Of a DNA stretch of 64,000 bases, positions 18,574-33,900 are shown one piece after another (the first letter of the stretch is position 1; every line of letters starts with the position of its first letter). The notes under the pieces are model-generated. The model was given only the letters and a program-made list of their open reading frames with translations, made no database searches and was not told the DNA's origin. Source of the DNA: a virus; IMG/VR virus record IMGVR_UViG_3300033143_000663, positions 3,891-67,890 of that record. One strand, given 5' to 3'. The position numbers and the translations under genes were made by a program.

Positions 18574-21500
18574 ATGGCAAAGACCTCTAGACAAACGGCA
18601 ATATTCGGAACTGAAGATTGGAAGCGTATATACAAGACTTACGAAGAAGCTGACCTTCAAAGTTATAACTTTGAAACAATTCGTAAGACATTCGTAGATT
18701 ACTTACGTCAACACCATCCAGAAACGTTTAACGATTACACTGAAAGTTCAGAATACATCGCATTGCTTGATTTAATGGCATTTATGGGACAATCATTAGC
18801 ATTCCGCAATGATTTAAACACACGTGAAAACTTCTTAGACACTGCTGAAAGACGCGATAGTGTTAACAATCTTGCTTCGTTAGTTGGATACACTCCAAAA
18901 CGCAACGAAGCCGGCCGCGGATACTTAAAAGTACTAGCTGCTTCAACTACAGAAAACATCACCGACTATAATAGGAACAATCTTGGTAATATTGCTATTC
19001 GCTGGAACGATAAAACAAACGATGATTGGCAGGAACAATTTTCAACTGTTATAAATGCGGCATTAATTGATTCTCAAAAAATTGGACAACCTGGTCGTAC
19101 AGCAAATATTGTTGGTATTAGAACAGACGAATACGAAATTAACATGGTAGATGGCTTCTTGCCAGTCGTACCATTTTCAGCAACGGTTGATGGGTTTGTA
19201 ATGGACTTTGAAATTGTTAATGGAACATCAATCGGCCGTGATAGCATTTACGAGCCAGCACCAAGTGCAAATGCCCAGCTTAACGTATTATACAGAAATG
19301 ATAACCAGGGATTTGCAAGTCCAAACACGGGATACTTTTTCTACTTTAAACAAGGAGCACTCCGCACACAAGATTTTACTTTAAGTGAGCGTATCGCAAA
19401 CAGAACAGTTGATATTGATGTTCCGGGTATTAACAATGATGATGTTTGGTTATTTAAAACTGATACAACTAACAACACCGGCATTGAAGAATGGACGGAA
19501 GTCGGCAACGTATATACTTCGAATAATACACAACTAGCGGTTGATGATCGTAAGTTTTTTAGTGTTACGAGTAGAGTAGACGATCAAGTTACATTTAACT
19601 TTGGCGATGGCGTCTTTAGTGATATACCTGTAGGTGATTTCCGTTCTTACATACGCGAAAGCAACGGCTTAGAATATATTATTAATCCAGAAGAAATTCA
19701 AAATATTGATGTTAACATAAGTTACATTAGCAAAGCCGGACGTGACGAAACACTTACTCTTACTATCGGATTAACACAACCTGTTTCAAATGCAAAAGAG
19801 CAAGAAACAATTGCTGATATCAAGCGTAGAGCGCCAGCGCGTTTTTACACACAAAACAGAATGGTTAATGGCGAAGACTATAATAACTTCCCTTATACAG
19901 CTCACAGTAGCATTACAAAAAGTAAAGCAATTAACAGAACAAACATTGGCGCGAGTCGTTACTTAGACTTAGTCGACCCAACCGGCAAATATTCAAGCAT
20001 TAATGCATACGCTAGTGATGGCTTAATTTATAAAGACACTAATCTAAAATCATTTAACTTTACATTCAATGATAAAAATGATATCGACTCAGTCTTTAGA
20101 AATCAAGTTGAGCCATTATTAGGTGAACGTGCTACAATACAGTTTTACTATGAAAACTTTAACCGTGTTACACTACCGCCAGCTAGTGGAGTTACACGTA
20201 TAAGTTGGCAACAGAACACAACAATAACAAACGAGACGTCTGGGTATTTTAAAAATTCAGAAGGCAATGCACTAGCAATTGGTCCATTTGTTAATGACAA
20301 CAGACAGTACCTGTTGCCGCAGGCTTTAGTTAAATTTGTTGCTCCTGAAGGACAACACTTCGACAAACACAATAGATTGGCGCCAGGCTCAGCATTATCC
20401 GCAGGCGATAAAATTGAAATATGGACTACAATTACAAGTGTTGAAAACGAAGGTACATTTGGCGGCTCAGCAGCGCCGGGTGATGCAGTTGGTCCAGTTA
20501 AATTAACTAATTTTGTTCCGACAGGTGCAGAAGCAGAAGAAATTATACCATTGTTTAATTCAGACTTACCAGTTGCAATTGAACAAGAAATGTTAACACA
20601 AGTAGAATTATTACGTCCGTTTGGAATTGGGTTTGATCATATACTTAATACGTGGTACGTTATTACCGAAGCAAATCTTAATAAGAATGATGGCTTCAGT
20701 CTGTCAAATGCCCAATCAACTGCAAATGCTGAATTGGATGAGAGTTGGATGGTTAGGTTTATTTCAACACCTGCAGGTTATACTGTCTCTGGAAGAGCAT
20801 TGAACTATTTCTTTTCAAGTATAGTTGAAACAAGATTCTTTTATGATAACAGTCAAAAGATATTTGATCCAAGGTCGGGGCAAGTTGTTAATGATTTCAT
20901 TAAAGTGTTAAAAGTAAACAGCAAGCCGGATGGATCAAATAATCCAATGTCCGACGATGTAATTATGGACATCATCGACCAAAGTGTTGAGTCAGATGGG
21001 TACGTAAACGATTACAATGTAGAAATTAGCTTTACAGACTTTGACAATGATGGCATTGCAGACAATCCTGATTACTTTAAGCTAATAGTTGACGAGTCGG
21101 GACTTAATTTAAACAAAAATGTTTACTTCCAGTCAACAGTTGATTTTGACAATTTAGAAAGGTTCTTACCTGTATCATCGGATAGTGTAAACGATGAATA
21201 CGAAACAGAGATTGCTATTTCATTAGTTAAAACAGAACATGTGAATGGTCAAATATTTTATGCAACCGCAGAAGACAAGTTCTTTGAATTGCAAGTTGAA
21301 AACTCGACTATTAGAGAATTAACAGAACGTTTTGACTATGATGCTAAAATTGGTCGTGACAATTTACACTTTCAGTACAGACATAACAGTCCAGAGACTA
21401 GACGCATTAATCCAAGTGTGACAAATATTATTGATGTATATCTTGTAACATCAAATTACTATGAAGCACATTTAAGATACATTCAAGATGTTACTGGTTC

Positions 21501-21984
21501 AATTGCTGAACCAGCAGTACCAACAACAGACGAGTTATCTGTGCAGTACGAAGATTTACAAGAAAGCAAAATGCTTAGTGATAACATGGTTTTAAACAGT
21601 GTTAAGTTTAAGCCATTGTTTGGAGTAAAAGCAGATGCTCAATTGCAGTCTTATATTAAAGTGGTTAAACTAGCTAACACTACAACTAGTGATAGCGAAA
21701 TTAAGAGCAAGGTAATATCAGCTATTAATACATACTTTGATATTGGTAACTGGGACTTTGGTGATACATTTTACTTCTCAGAATTAGCTGCATACTTACA
21801 TTCACAATTAGGTGATGTACTGGGCTCGGTTGTTATTATATCAAAAGACCCAAGTAAGTCTTTTGGTAGTTTATACGAAATTAAATCAGCACCATTTGAA
21901 ATATTTACAAGTGCAGCGACAGTAGATGATGTAACTATAATCGATGCGCTTACAGCAAGTAACTTACAGAACAAGGCAGGTTAA
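18574..21984 (+). CDS. Baseplate wedge protein gp6 / baseplate J-like
   Basis: FNDY.ESS....LLD..A, ENFLDTAERRDSV..LA..VGY.PKR, FGDGVF..IP, ET...IK..AP, RMV..EDY. Confidence 0.88.
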   Translation: MAKTSRQTAIFGTEDWKRIYKTYEEADLQSYNFETIRKTFVDYLRQHHPETFNDYTESSEYIALLDLMAFMGQSLAFRNDLNTRENFLDTAERRDSVNNLASLVGYTPKRNEAGRGYLKVLAASTTENITDYNRNNLGNIAIRWNDKTNDDWQEQFSTVINAALIDSQKIGQPGRTANIVGIRTDEYEINMVDGFLPVVPFSATVDGFVMDFEIVNGTSIGRDSIYEPAPSANAQLNVLYRNDNQGFASPNTGYFFYFKQGALRTQDFTLSERIANRTVDIDVPGINNDDVWLFKTDTTNNTGIEEWTEVGNVYTSNNTQLAVDDRKFFSVTSRVDDQVTFNFGDGVFSDIPVGDFRSYIRESNGLEYIINPEEIQNIDVNISYISKAGRDETLTLTIGLTQPVSNAKEQETIADIKRRAPARFYTQNRMVNGEDYNNFPYTAHSSITKSKAINRTNIGASRYLDLVDPTGKYSSINAYASDGLIYKDTNLKSFNFTFNDKNDIDSVFRNQVEPLLGERATIQFYYENFNRVTLPPASGVTRISWQQNTTITNETSGYFKNSEGNALAIGPFVNDNRQYLLPQALVKFVAPEGQHFDKHNRLAPGSALSAGDKIEIWTTITSVENEGTFGGSAAPGDAVGPVKLTNFVPTGAEAEEIIPLFNSDLPVAIEQEMLTQVELLRPFGIGFDHILNTWYVITEANLNKNDGFSLSNAQSTANAELDESWMVRFISTPAGYTVSGRALNYFFSSIVETRFFYDNSQKIFDPRSGQVVNDFIKVLKVNSKPDGSNNPMSDDVIMDIIDQSVESDGYVNDYNVEISFTDFDNDGIADNPDYFKLIVDESGLNLNKNVYFQSTVDFDNLERFLPVSSDSVNDEYETEIAISLVKTEHVNGQIFYATAEDKFFELQVENSTIRELTERFDYDAKIGRDNLHFQYRHNSPETRRINPSVTNIIDVYLVTSNYYEAHLRYIQDVTGSIAEPAVPTTDELSVQYEDLQESKMLSDNMVLNSVKFKPLFGVKADAQLQSYIKVVKLANTTTSDSEIKSKVISAINTYFDIGNWDFGDTFYFSELAAYLHSQLGDVLGSVVIISKDPSKSFGSLYEIKSAPFEIFTSAATVDDVTIIDALTASNLQNKAG

Positions 21985-21987
21985 TAA

Positions 21988-24900
21988 ATGGCAAGAATTC
22001 GCAGTGTAGATTTTCTACCAGAAATCTTTCAGACACAAACTAACAGAAAGTTTCTAAACTCAACTCTTGATCAATTGATCCAAGAACCAAAGTTAAAACA
22101 AACTCAAGGTTATATTGGCCGAGTGAATGCTCCGGGTAAGTTAGCAACCGACGGTTATATTGACGAACCAACAGATAGAAGAACTAATTATCAGCTTGAA
22201 CCTGGTGTTATATTCAAAGACGAAAACGGTGATATTGTTGACGCTTTAACATACATGGGGCTCTTAGATGGTCTTGCTACTAAAGGTGCTAACGTAGAAA
22301 ATCATGATCGCTTATTCAGTTCAGAAACGTACAGCTGGTCACCATTTATTGAATTTGATAAGTTTGTAAACTATAGTCAATACTTTTGGTTACCTGACGG
22401 TCCAGACAGTGTTAACGTTGCAGCATCTAGCGTTTTATTAACAAACGACTTTGACATTACTGCAAATGCAAACACATTCTCAATTGAAGGATTCAATATT
22501 GAAAATCCTGTAATTACAGTATTACGTGGCGGCTCATATAATTTTAATGTTAATCAATCTGGCAGCCCTTTCTATATTCAAACACACCCGGGCGTTGAAG
22601 GCACTGTGCCGTGGGCAAGTAATATAAGCAGTAGAGAAATCGTTGGAGTTTCAAACAACGGCGATGACGATGGAACAATTCAATTTAATGTTCCTGTTAG
22701 TGATGCACAGAGTTTTTATCATGATTTAGTAGACATAGGTAATGTTGATTTAGCAACAGACCAGCGCATGGATTCAATTGCCGATCAATTACTTGATGAT
22801 GTAAGTGACATTGCCGGCATACAGAATATTGATAACAAGACTATTATTTTCTTAGATGATACACCTGGCGACGCAGTCGACTTAGGTTGGGTCAATGATG
22901 GGTTACCGTTAACTAATCAAGCAGACAGATACCAAATTTTTAGAATTTTTCTCGAAGATGTACTTGGTGACATTTATATTAGATTAATTCCACATCAATC
23001 AATTACTATTTTTGAAAGGTTCACAATATTGTACGGTGATTTATATAGTAACGTAAGTATCTTTAAAGATTCAGATGGATATTTCGAACAAGTGCCACTT
23101 GAAACAGCATCGCTTGATACGTTATATTATCAAGACGCAACTAATCCAAATCGATTTGGCGTTATTAATGTAGTTGATAATGAATCAGCTGCAACACTAG
23201 ATATATCTAGTATAGTTGGTAGACCAACATACACAAGTCCAAATGGTGTAACATTTACTAACGGGTTAAAGGTACAGTTCCGTGGAGAAATAACACCCGC
23301 GGAGTATTCAGATAATGAATACTACGTAGAAGGGGTTGGTACATCTATTCGATTGGTATTAATAGCCGACTTAAAAGTACCAGAAACGTATGCTACGAGT
23401 TTTACAACTCCGTGGGATATAGGTCCATGGGATACAGATGCAGTAGACGGAACTCTAAATGCACCAACTGACTTAGATTACATTACTATTAACAGGTCTA
23501 GCCTAGATAAAAACGCATGGTCTAGAAGCAACAGATGGTTCCATATCGACGTTATTACAGCCACAGCAGAATATAATCAAACTGTAGTAGACCTTGATAA
23601 TGACAACAGAGCATCGCGACCAATTATTGAATTTGATGCAGACTTGCGCTTATTTAATTATGGTACGTACGGCAAGCAACTTATTGATATTATCGACTTT
23701 GTTGTAACTGACGCATTGTCAGATGTTAACGGATCGCTAGGTTATATAGTTGATGGGTACCAGTTAGCCAGCGGCACACGTATTATATTTGCCAACGATT
23801 CAGACCCAACAGTCAGCGACAAAATTTATACAGTTGAATTAATTGACGTTAATGACAACGGAATCGAAACATTAAACTTAGTATTAGCAGAGGATAGTGA
23901 TAGCGAAGAAAATGATATAGTTACAGTACTAAATGGACTTACACAACAAGGCACAGTGTTTACATATAATGGTTCACAGTGGGTCGAGTCACAAGATAAA
24001 GCGTCTGTTAACCAAGCACCATTATTTGATATATTTGATGCTGATGGCATTTCGTTTGGTGATTTTAGTTCTTATCCAAGTACTACTTTTGCAGGCACTA
24101 AATTATTCAGTTATGCTGAAGGTACAGGGTTGAACGATGCGGTACTTGGCTTCCCGCTAAGGTACTTGAACATCGACAATTTAGGCGATATAGTATTTGA
24201 GAACAATCTGTACACAGACACGTTCTTGTATGTATTGGATAACGTGTCTAATGACAATAGCCCAATAAGCGATGGCTTTGCTAGAAAATATTATACTCGT
24301 TACGAATACACAAACGAAATTGGGTGGATTAAATCAATTGAGGATTCGCGTCAAGCCCAGGTATTTGATGCTGTTTATACCGGTGAACCAATAACATTGG
24401 ATATTGTTCCAGTTACTGACTTATTAATTCCGTCAGTAAGGATCACTGCCAATGGTACCTTTGTTGCTCCAGACGAATATACAGTAACTGATAATGTTAT
24501 TACATTCCTTAATACTATTCCAGCAGATGCAGAGTTGCAGATCAAAGCAATTAGCGACGACATAAGCGAAACTGCTTACTATGAGATTCCAACTAATCTA
24601 TCAAGTAATATGTTCAATGAAAATACATCGTTATTAACACTTGGTACGGTTCGTAATCACTATAACAACTTAGCACAAAACATACCAGAAGTTCAAGGCA
24701 TCATTAATGGTGCAAACAATTTACGTGACCTAGGCGACATAAGCAAGTACGGTAACTTTATTATACAACAATCATCACCGGTTGCACTAGCGGCTATGTT
24801 TATGCGATTTAAAGAATACAACTTTTTTAGTTCAGTTACTTTTGCCTCACGCCAATACGAGAAGTTTAAGAACCAGATAATTGATTGGGTTGAGAAGCAC

Positions 24901-27900
24901 GATGTATTTGAAATGTCACCGGGCGAGATACTTGATGCTGCAATTAAAGATATTAACACTAGCAAGAATATCAATAGTGCATTTTATTGGAGTGATATGT
25001 TACCATCGGGATCAGACTACGAAAGTACTGAATATGTGGTAACAGCAATTAGTACAGGAACGTTCACCACTCTTAATACATACGATTTCTTAAATGCCAA
25101 TACTCAAGCATTGTTAGTATACTACAATAATACACTATTAATAAAGGATATTGATTATACTGTGGCAACAGATGGCCCACGTATTACAGTATTACTTGAC
25201 CTTGTCCCAGATGATGTCATAATAATTAATGAATATAGTACAACACTCGGCACGACAGTACCGAGTACACCAACTAAGTTGGGATTGTTTCCAAAATACA
25301 AACCAATGATATTTACAGATGATACCTATGCTACACCTGTTGATGTTGTTCGTGGCCACGACGGTAGTATTGTTGTAGCACACGGCGATATCCGCGACGA
25401 GGTATTACTAGAATTTGAGAAACGTGTTTATAACAACATTAAAGTAAATGACTTGATACCAATCGAACCATCAGATATTATTCCTGGTGCGTTTCGAGAA
25501 ACAGATTATACGGATCAAGAAATTCTTGAGATACTTTCACCTAGCCTATTGTCTTGGTTGGGCTGGAACAGAATTGATTACAAAAAACAAGATTATAATC
25601 AAGCAGAAGAAAAGACATGGAACTATAGTTCTTCAACCGATAAACTAACCAATGCTACAATTACAAAAGGTAACTGGCGCGGAATTTACATTGACTATTA
25701 CGACACAGACGCACCACATGCCCGTCCATGGGAAATGGTTGGCTTAGCCGAGCGCCCTGTGTGGTGGGTACTGCGTTATGGCCCGGGTCCATACACAAGT
25801 GGTAACTTAGTGTTATGGGATGACATGGAAGCTGGATTAATTAAAGAACCAGGCAACGAACGTGTAGTTGAAAAATACAAACGTCCAGGACTAACATCAA
25901 TTTTACCAGTAGACGGTGAAGGCAACTTAGTAATGCCCCTTGCTTCTGTTATAGCAGGTTATTCAGCTTACGATTTTAGGAAGTCATGGAAGGCAAGCGA
26001 TGTTGCACCGGCTGAAGCGGCATGGAGAAAGTCAAGTGCATGGCCATTTGCAATGCAAACGTTATACTCATTGACTAAACCAGCTGAATACTTTGCACAA
26101 ATGTCGGATCGAGACCGTTACGTTTATGATACAACCTCAGAGCAATATCTATATGATGGTCGTAGTAGGATTGATGTACGTAACATTGAATTATTAGATG
26201 AAAATACAGTTAAACATAGCTATATAAACTGGGTAATTGATTACAACAAACACTTTGGATATGAAAGTCTTGATAAACTTAAAATGGATTTATCAAAACT
26301 TGACGTAAACTTATGCCACCACATGGCATCGTTTACAGATAAAAACAATTTAAGAATCTTTACAGATAAGAGTAGTCCAGATAGCACAAATAATAGCTTA
26401 TTATTGCCAGACGAAAGCTACAAATTATTATTGTATAAGAGCCAACCACTTGATGAAATTATATACTCATCAATTATTGTACAGAAGGTATCCGATGGCT
26501 ATGCAGTAACTGGTAACAGTTTTACAGACCCTTATTTCAAAACACAAACTTCAGTTGACACCGGTCTATTTGATAACATTAAGGTTGGCAGGGATGATAA
26601 TACATCTTCATCTGTCAGAGTTCCAAAAGACTTTAAGGACACTGTAGAATATATTCCATATGGTCATGTGTTTACTAGCAAACAAGCGGTTAGCGAATTT
26701 ATTGTAAGTTACAACGAATACTTAATACGCGCAGGATTGAAGTTCAACTTAGTTGACGATTCACAATTAGTTAATTGGACGCAGATGGTACAAGAGTTCT
26801 TGTACTGGGCAGACCAGGGCTGGGCTGTTGGCAGCATAGTTAACCTTAACCCAGCAGCTACTGAATTAGAATTTGAACGCGAGTTGCACATTGTTGATGA
26901 TTTAAATAACTTAGAACTAACTGAGCAACCACTAAACCAAAATAGAGAACCGCTAGATATTAGTGATTACGTAGTTGATCGTATCGACAATAACTTTAAG
27001 ATCAGAATGATTGATGACAACATTATTAGTTACTTAAAATTCAACTTAACTAGTTTCGAACATTTATTGATACTAGACAACACCAGCATATTTAACGATC
27101 TGATTTATGATCCAGTTACAAGTGTTAGACAAGATCGTGTTAAACTTTCTGGCTTCACAACATTTGAATGGAACGGCCAGCTAGATGCACAAGGCTTCTT
27201 ATATAACGAAGACAACGTTCAGTCTTGGGTGCAGGTAAGCACCTATAACAAAGGCGATATTGTTAAGTTTAAGAACTCGTACTGGAGCGCGTCGGAAAAA
27301 GTACAACCGTCGGAAACATTTGACTACGGGCAATGGGTAAAAACAGACTACAGTAGCATCAACAAAGGTCTATTGCCTAACTTGGCAACAAAGTCAGATC
27401 AGATGCTTGATTACTATAATAATAAAACTGCAAACTTAGAAAACGATGTTGATTTAATGGCATTTGGTTTAACTGGTTTCCGTTCTAGAGATTACTTGCG
27501 TTCATTAGACTTAGATGATATTAGTCAAATTAATATCTACAGCGATATGATCGAGAACAAGGGTACAGTTGATAGCTTAAACTTATTTAAAAATGCAGAG
27601 CTAAACAACGAATTGGTTGATTATAATATCTTTGAAAACTGGGCGATCAAACGTGCCAGTTATGGTGCTACTAGTAGCCGCTCGTACATTGAATTACAAC
27701 TTGATGAAGACGTTCTTACAACAAACCCAAGTCTTGTAGAAATTGTTGATTCGTTATCAGACGAGTCACTTAGTGATTTGTTGATTCCAGTTGCTGACAT
27801 TTATAAGCAAAGTGAAAAGAACACAAATAAAAATATATTTCCTATTAGGCATGATACAAACTTAGATACCGCACTACCGACTGCCGGGGCTGTAAATCTA

Positions 27901-30900
27901 GATGACGTGGACCTTGCTGTTTTTGATATAGCAGATATAGATGTTGCCACTGACATTGTTGAAGGTAACTTAATATGGGTAGCGAGAGATACTGAAACTG
28001 ACTGGAACGTATATCGTGCTATTAGATTAGAGCCAACTGTAATTGATGTTAACGATAATCTTGATGGAACGTTAACGGTTGTAACTGATATTCCACACAA
28101 TCTAAACGTTGGTGAGACTATTGTTATTAATGAATTTGATGAATTAGTTGACGGTACTCACAAGGTATTAGATATATCCGATTCGATTAACATTGTAATA
28201 GCAGGCGAACTTGCAAAGAATCAAACGTGTATACTAGATGGCAGCGGAACATTGCTACACTTTTCATCAGCCCGTGTTGGCGTGCCAAGTGATATTGCAG
28301 GTTCTGTTTTTGATAACAACATTCACACATCTGAAACAGTTTGGGTTGGGTCAGAAGGACATCACCCTGTAACATACAAGAAAACAAGACCATTTGCATT
28401 AAGCAACTCGAAGATTAACCCAACTAATTCAACAACAGAGTTTGGACAAAGCATATCACAAGGATACGCAGATGCTGGATTACTAGTAGGAGATCCTGCA
28501 AACGCCAATGGTATTGTACACTTATTCAATAAGGTTGGCGCCAGCGATTATTTTTGGAAACTAACATTAACGCTAAACGGTCATCCAGACGTGTTACGTT
28601 ATGGTAATGATGTAGCATTAATAGAATCATGGGGCGCGATTGCAGCACCAGGCGATGCAACTACTCCGGGTCTTGTTGCAATAGTTAGTAGAAACAAACA
28701 ATTAGATCTAATTCTCGAAACGCAGATACTTGTTAGCCCATCTATATCAGCAGGTGCAGGCGACAGTTTTGGTTCAAGTATTGCAATGAGCAGAGATGAG
28801 AATTGGATACTTGTTGGGGAACCAGATAACAACAAAGTTCACGCATATCAGAAAACAGAATATGAAATACAACAAGTTTCACACATAGCAGATGGTGCAA
28901 CAACAGTATTTAAAATATCAGATGATATTATAGTTGCCACCGCTGATCAAGTCAACGTAACAATCGATGGTACATTATTACCAGATGGTTTACTAGGTGA
29001 TTATACCCTAGTAGGTGACGACATTATATTAGATACATTACCAGATGCAGGTGCCGAGGTTATTATTGTACGAAAGAACTGGGTGACGCACGATGGCGAT
29101 GGAACTACCGGACCATTTTCGGCAGCTAATTTATATGCGCGTAGTGTAATAGATTCTATTGTTGTTAAGATTAACGGAGTAATACAACGTCCGGTAGTTG
29201 ACTATACGTTTGATGGAACTGATGTAACATTTACATCTGTGACACCAGTTGGCACTGATAACATTGCAATCAGTCTAGCAACAACATTTAGATTTGTTAA
29301 TACAATTGATGATAGCATTGATGGTATTACATTATCCGCCAGCGACCAATTTGGCGCTGAGATTGACATAACCGAAAATGGTAGTCATATTGTTATTACT
29401 GCGCCTGGTACTGATACAGATACTGGTAACGCATACATTGTTGATAGGGTTGTTGAGCGTCATGTGATAAGTGATGCAAATGATTTAACATACTCATCTA
29501 TTAGAACGCCAACTGGATCTGCGTTTAATAATACTACACAATTATCTAAGTCAGGATTTAATGCCGCGCCCGACTATAGCATTGTAGGTAACGATTTAAC
29601 ATTGCTTAACGCAGGCACTATTAAAGTTGGTGACTTCTTAGATATTGACACCACTGAGTTTAAATTAATACAAGAGGTCGCAGCAGAGACACCAGCAGTT
29701 GGCGCAACATTCGGTAACGCTGTAACTATTTGTAAATCAAAATGTTCAGTTTACTTTGGCGCTGAAAATGACTTAGATGGTCAGGGCAGCGTTACACGTT
29801 ATATTAATAGTTCACGCATGTTTGGATATATTACAAGCACTACACAAAATCCAATGATACTAGCTGGTAGTTCTATTCGTATAGATAATATTGAAATTCC
29901 ATTATCTGCAACTAGTATAATATTATCAGAAGATATTGTTGCAGGAATAACTTATACTATTGTTACAGCAGGTACAACAGACTTTACATTGCTTGGTGCA
30001 GAAGATAGCAACCCAGGCACAACATTTACATCAAATGGCAATATTGCCGCCGGAACAGGCACTGCTCAGAGTTCATCGACAGAAATTGCAGATGCTATTA
30101 ATGCAGTGACAATTCCAAATGTTACTGCGTCAGCCAAGAACGGCATGGTAACGATTGAATTGATTAACAAACAGATTCAATCACTTGCTAATAAGCTAGA
30201 TGTATTGCCGGGCGAGATTGTATCGTTAGCAGACTTAGGACTAGAATCGTATTACATTGGACAGACTATTACAAGTCCAACAGAAACTACACAAGCACAA
30301 AACTTTGGTAGTTCGTTGCACATTGACTTTAATTTAAATCAATTAATAGTTGGCGCTGTAAATGGCGATGCTATAACTATCGCAACACCAGTTGATCAAG
30401 ATACAACGTTTGATTCGACTGTAATAACAATGGATAATGCATCTAACGTATACGGTAGCGGCATTGTTTATTCATATGATTTATTAAATGATGGCGACGT
30501 ATTTACTGGCGGCAAATTAGCATTCGGACAACAGATTGTTGACAATAATGATATTGCCGCAGGCGACAGCTTTGGCACCGCAGTTAATTTAGTTGATGGT
30601 TTGCTAGTTGTTAGCTCAACTGATCATAATTCAGGCATTGGACGTATTGTTATATTTGGCAATGCAACTAATTCACTTAGCTGGCAAGTACTAAGTGCCC
30701 AGCATGATACAGTCGATGTTGACTTAATTAATTCAATATACATTTACAGTACTGATACAATGAATGTGTCGCGATACTTAGATTATATTGATCCACTCAG
30801 TGGAAAGATACTTGGCGCAGCAAATCAAAATATTGATTTTACTACAGTGTATGATCCAGCAGTGTACGCCGATACAAGCGTAGGACTGCTTTGGGGTAGT

Positions 30901-33900
30901 AATCAAGTTGGTAGAATTTGGTGGGACGTTACGGCTGTTCGTTTCATGGATTATAATATTGGCGATGCGAAGCAAGCCAGCAAATTATGGGGTAAAGTAT
31001 TTAACGGTAGCTCAATCGATGTATATCAATGGATTGAAAGTACTGTTCCACCAGCTGAATATGCTGGCTCTGGAATAGTATTAGATACAACTAAATTTAT
31101 TACAATTTCTAACATTAATAATGCAGGCACAATCAAAAATACTTACTATTATTGGGTTAACGGTGTTGAAACAATTAGTGTTAATTCAGAAAAGACATTA
31201 AGTGCGAGTGCAATTGCATCGTACATTGAATCACCAGCTAGTTCAGGTATATCGTATGCGGCTATTATAGCACCAAACATAATTGGTTTATATAATTGCA
31301 AAGATATTATTCAAAACAATGATACTGTTTTATATGTTGAATATGACAAGATTAAGAATGATAGTAACGTGTTCGTTGAGTACGACTTATTCCGTGAAAA
31401 TCATCCAATTGATTTCTTGTCAGATGGCCTGTATAAGAAGTTACAAGATAGTTTCTGCGGAGTTGACACACTAGGTAATTTGGTTCCTGACGTGGGATTA
31501 AGTTTTGCTGACAGATTCGGCATTGACTTCCGTCCACGTAAGTCAATGTTTGTTGATAAATTTGCAGCATTAACAACTTACATGAAGAAAGTAAACACTA
31601 TACTTAGTCAACATACTATTGCAGAATCACAACCGTATACATTGCTTAACAGCGAAGAACCAACGCCAACCTTAGCGTCAGGCGAGTGGGACCAGAGTGT
31701 TTCTAATAATGAAGAATTGTCATTCCAGGACTTAGCAACCATTCCAGCAGGATTTACTTACCTAGTAGAATCTGACGATACCAGCAATGGCTTGTGGACC
31801 ACATACGAAGTCACTCCAGAAAAAACATTACAATTAAAACGTGTACAAAGTTACGACACCAAGCGTTTCTGGAATCTTGAACACTGGTATGCAGAGGGAT
31901 TTGACCCGTTAACTAAAATAGATTATGTTGTCAATGCGTTTACTGAATTGTCTACATTAAATGGCATCGAAAACAATGCCATTGCAAGGGTAGTTAATAA
32001 CAGCGTTGGTAATTGGGAAATACACCGATACATCGATGGTAATTGGAATAGAGTGGGCCTTGAAAATGGTACTATCCAATTTGAAGAAAGACTGTGGGAT
32101 TATTCAGTTGGTCGTTACGGCTGGGACGTTGAGGTCTTTGACGCACAAAACTTAGATGAAGAACCAGTTATTGAATTGCGTCAGATTATCAAATCAATTA
32201 ACGAAGAATTGCTAATAGATGATTTATCAGTTGAACGTAGCAAGGCACTTATGAGTGTATTCAACTATATATTATCAGAACAACCACATGTTGATTGGTT
32301 ATATAAAACAAGTTTAATTGATGTAACACAACGAGTACGTGGCTTGTCGCAATATGCTGTTTATCAGAAAGATAATCAAGATTACCTAAAGGACTATATT
32401 AAAGAATCTAAACCGTACCACACTAAAGTTAAAGATTTCTTATTAAGTTATGATGGTATTGATTATATTGATGGCCAAGTTACAGACTTTGATTGTCCAT
32501 CAGTATATAGTGCAGATTTCGATCAGTACATTAGTCCTATCTTAGATGATGGAGCAACACTTATTACTGATCCAAGTAACAAGTTAGCCACTGACATAGT
32601 GTGGCAGACAGAACCATGGAAACAATGGTTTGCCAACTATCGGTTAAGCGTGGAAGATGTAGTAATTACTAATCCAGGTACCGGTTACACTGTAGCACCT
32701 ACTATTGTAGTCACAGGCTCAAGTTTACTCCCAGCGGTAATGACCGCAAGGGTAGGCGAAGGTGGTTCGATTGCTGAAATTGTTATTGAAGACCCGGGTA
32801 GCGGATATATAGACACACCGGTTATTACATTTGAAGGCGGTAACGGCGAAGATGCAACGGCATTAGCAGTAATGAATAACAAGCTAGTGCGAACATTCAA
32901 TACCGGAATCAAATACGACAGATATGAATACCAAACAAATATTGTTACGTGGGAAGCAGACACAGCGTATGCAGCCGATCAACTTGTTAAGGTTAATAAT
33001 GCTGTATATAAAATTATAGATGCAGATCCAGCCGCAACATTTAATCCTGCCCTACATGAGTTAATTAACATCGACTCACTTAGCGGCATCGATCGTACAG
33101 CGGGATTTTATGTTGCAGACGTTAATAGTCCAGGCCTAGATTTATCATTGCTTATTAAAGGCATTGCATACCCGGGCGTTGAAGTAGATGGTGTTGGGTT
33201 CGACCAGAATACCGGATTTGACTTATCACCATTTGACACAACGACATTTGATAACTTTGACATCGGTCCAGAGGGATTCCCTACATACAGTGAAACTTTA
33301 ATTGATACTATATATGAGAGTTCATTCCTGGCTACGTACCTCGGTACACGCCCAATTGATATTAATGTAGACGGTGGCGAGTTTATTGACACGTACCATT
33401 CACATGCTCCAGAAGAGTTAGTGCCAGGCGCCATTTTTGATACGCTTGATATTAAGGTGTTTACAGACGATGGTATAACCTTTAGATTATTTAAAGACAT
33501 GCGCGATACAGTTGGAATGTATAAAATGAACAATTCAACAACTAGTTTAGTGCAGGATCTTGCAGACACAGACGATATCATTTATGTCGATGATGCTAGT
33601 GTGCTAGGCGAACCAGATCTAGATATTGCGAAATTTGGTATATTAATGGTTAACGGTGAGCGCATTACATATCGTGAACGCGACTTATTAAACAATACAG
33701 TAAGCGGTTTACGTCGTGGTACAGCGGGCACAGGCATAGCGCCACTTCATGTAGCAACAGACGTGGTATACGATGTGAGTTCTGAGAGTTTTGTACAGTG
33801 GGATTACAATAGAATCTGGTACGCACCAGGCGCAGGCACAGCAAGTGATGGCATTACATTGAACGATCAAACCACAAGCCCAGCACTGTTTATTAAAAGT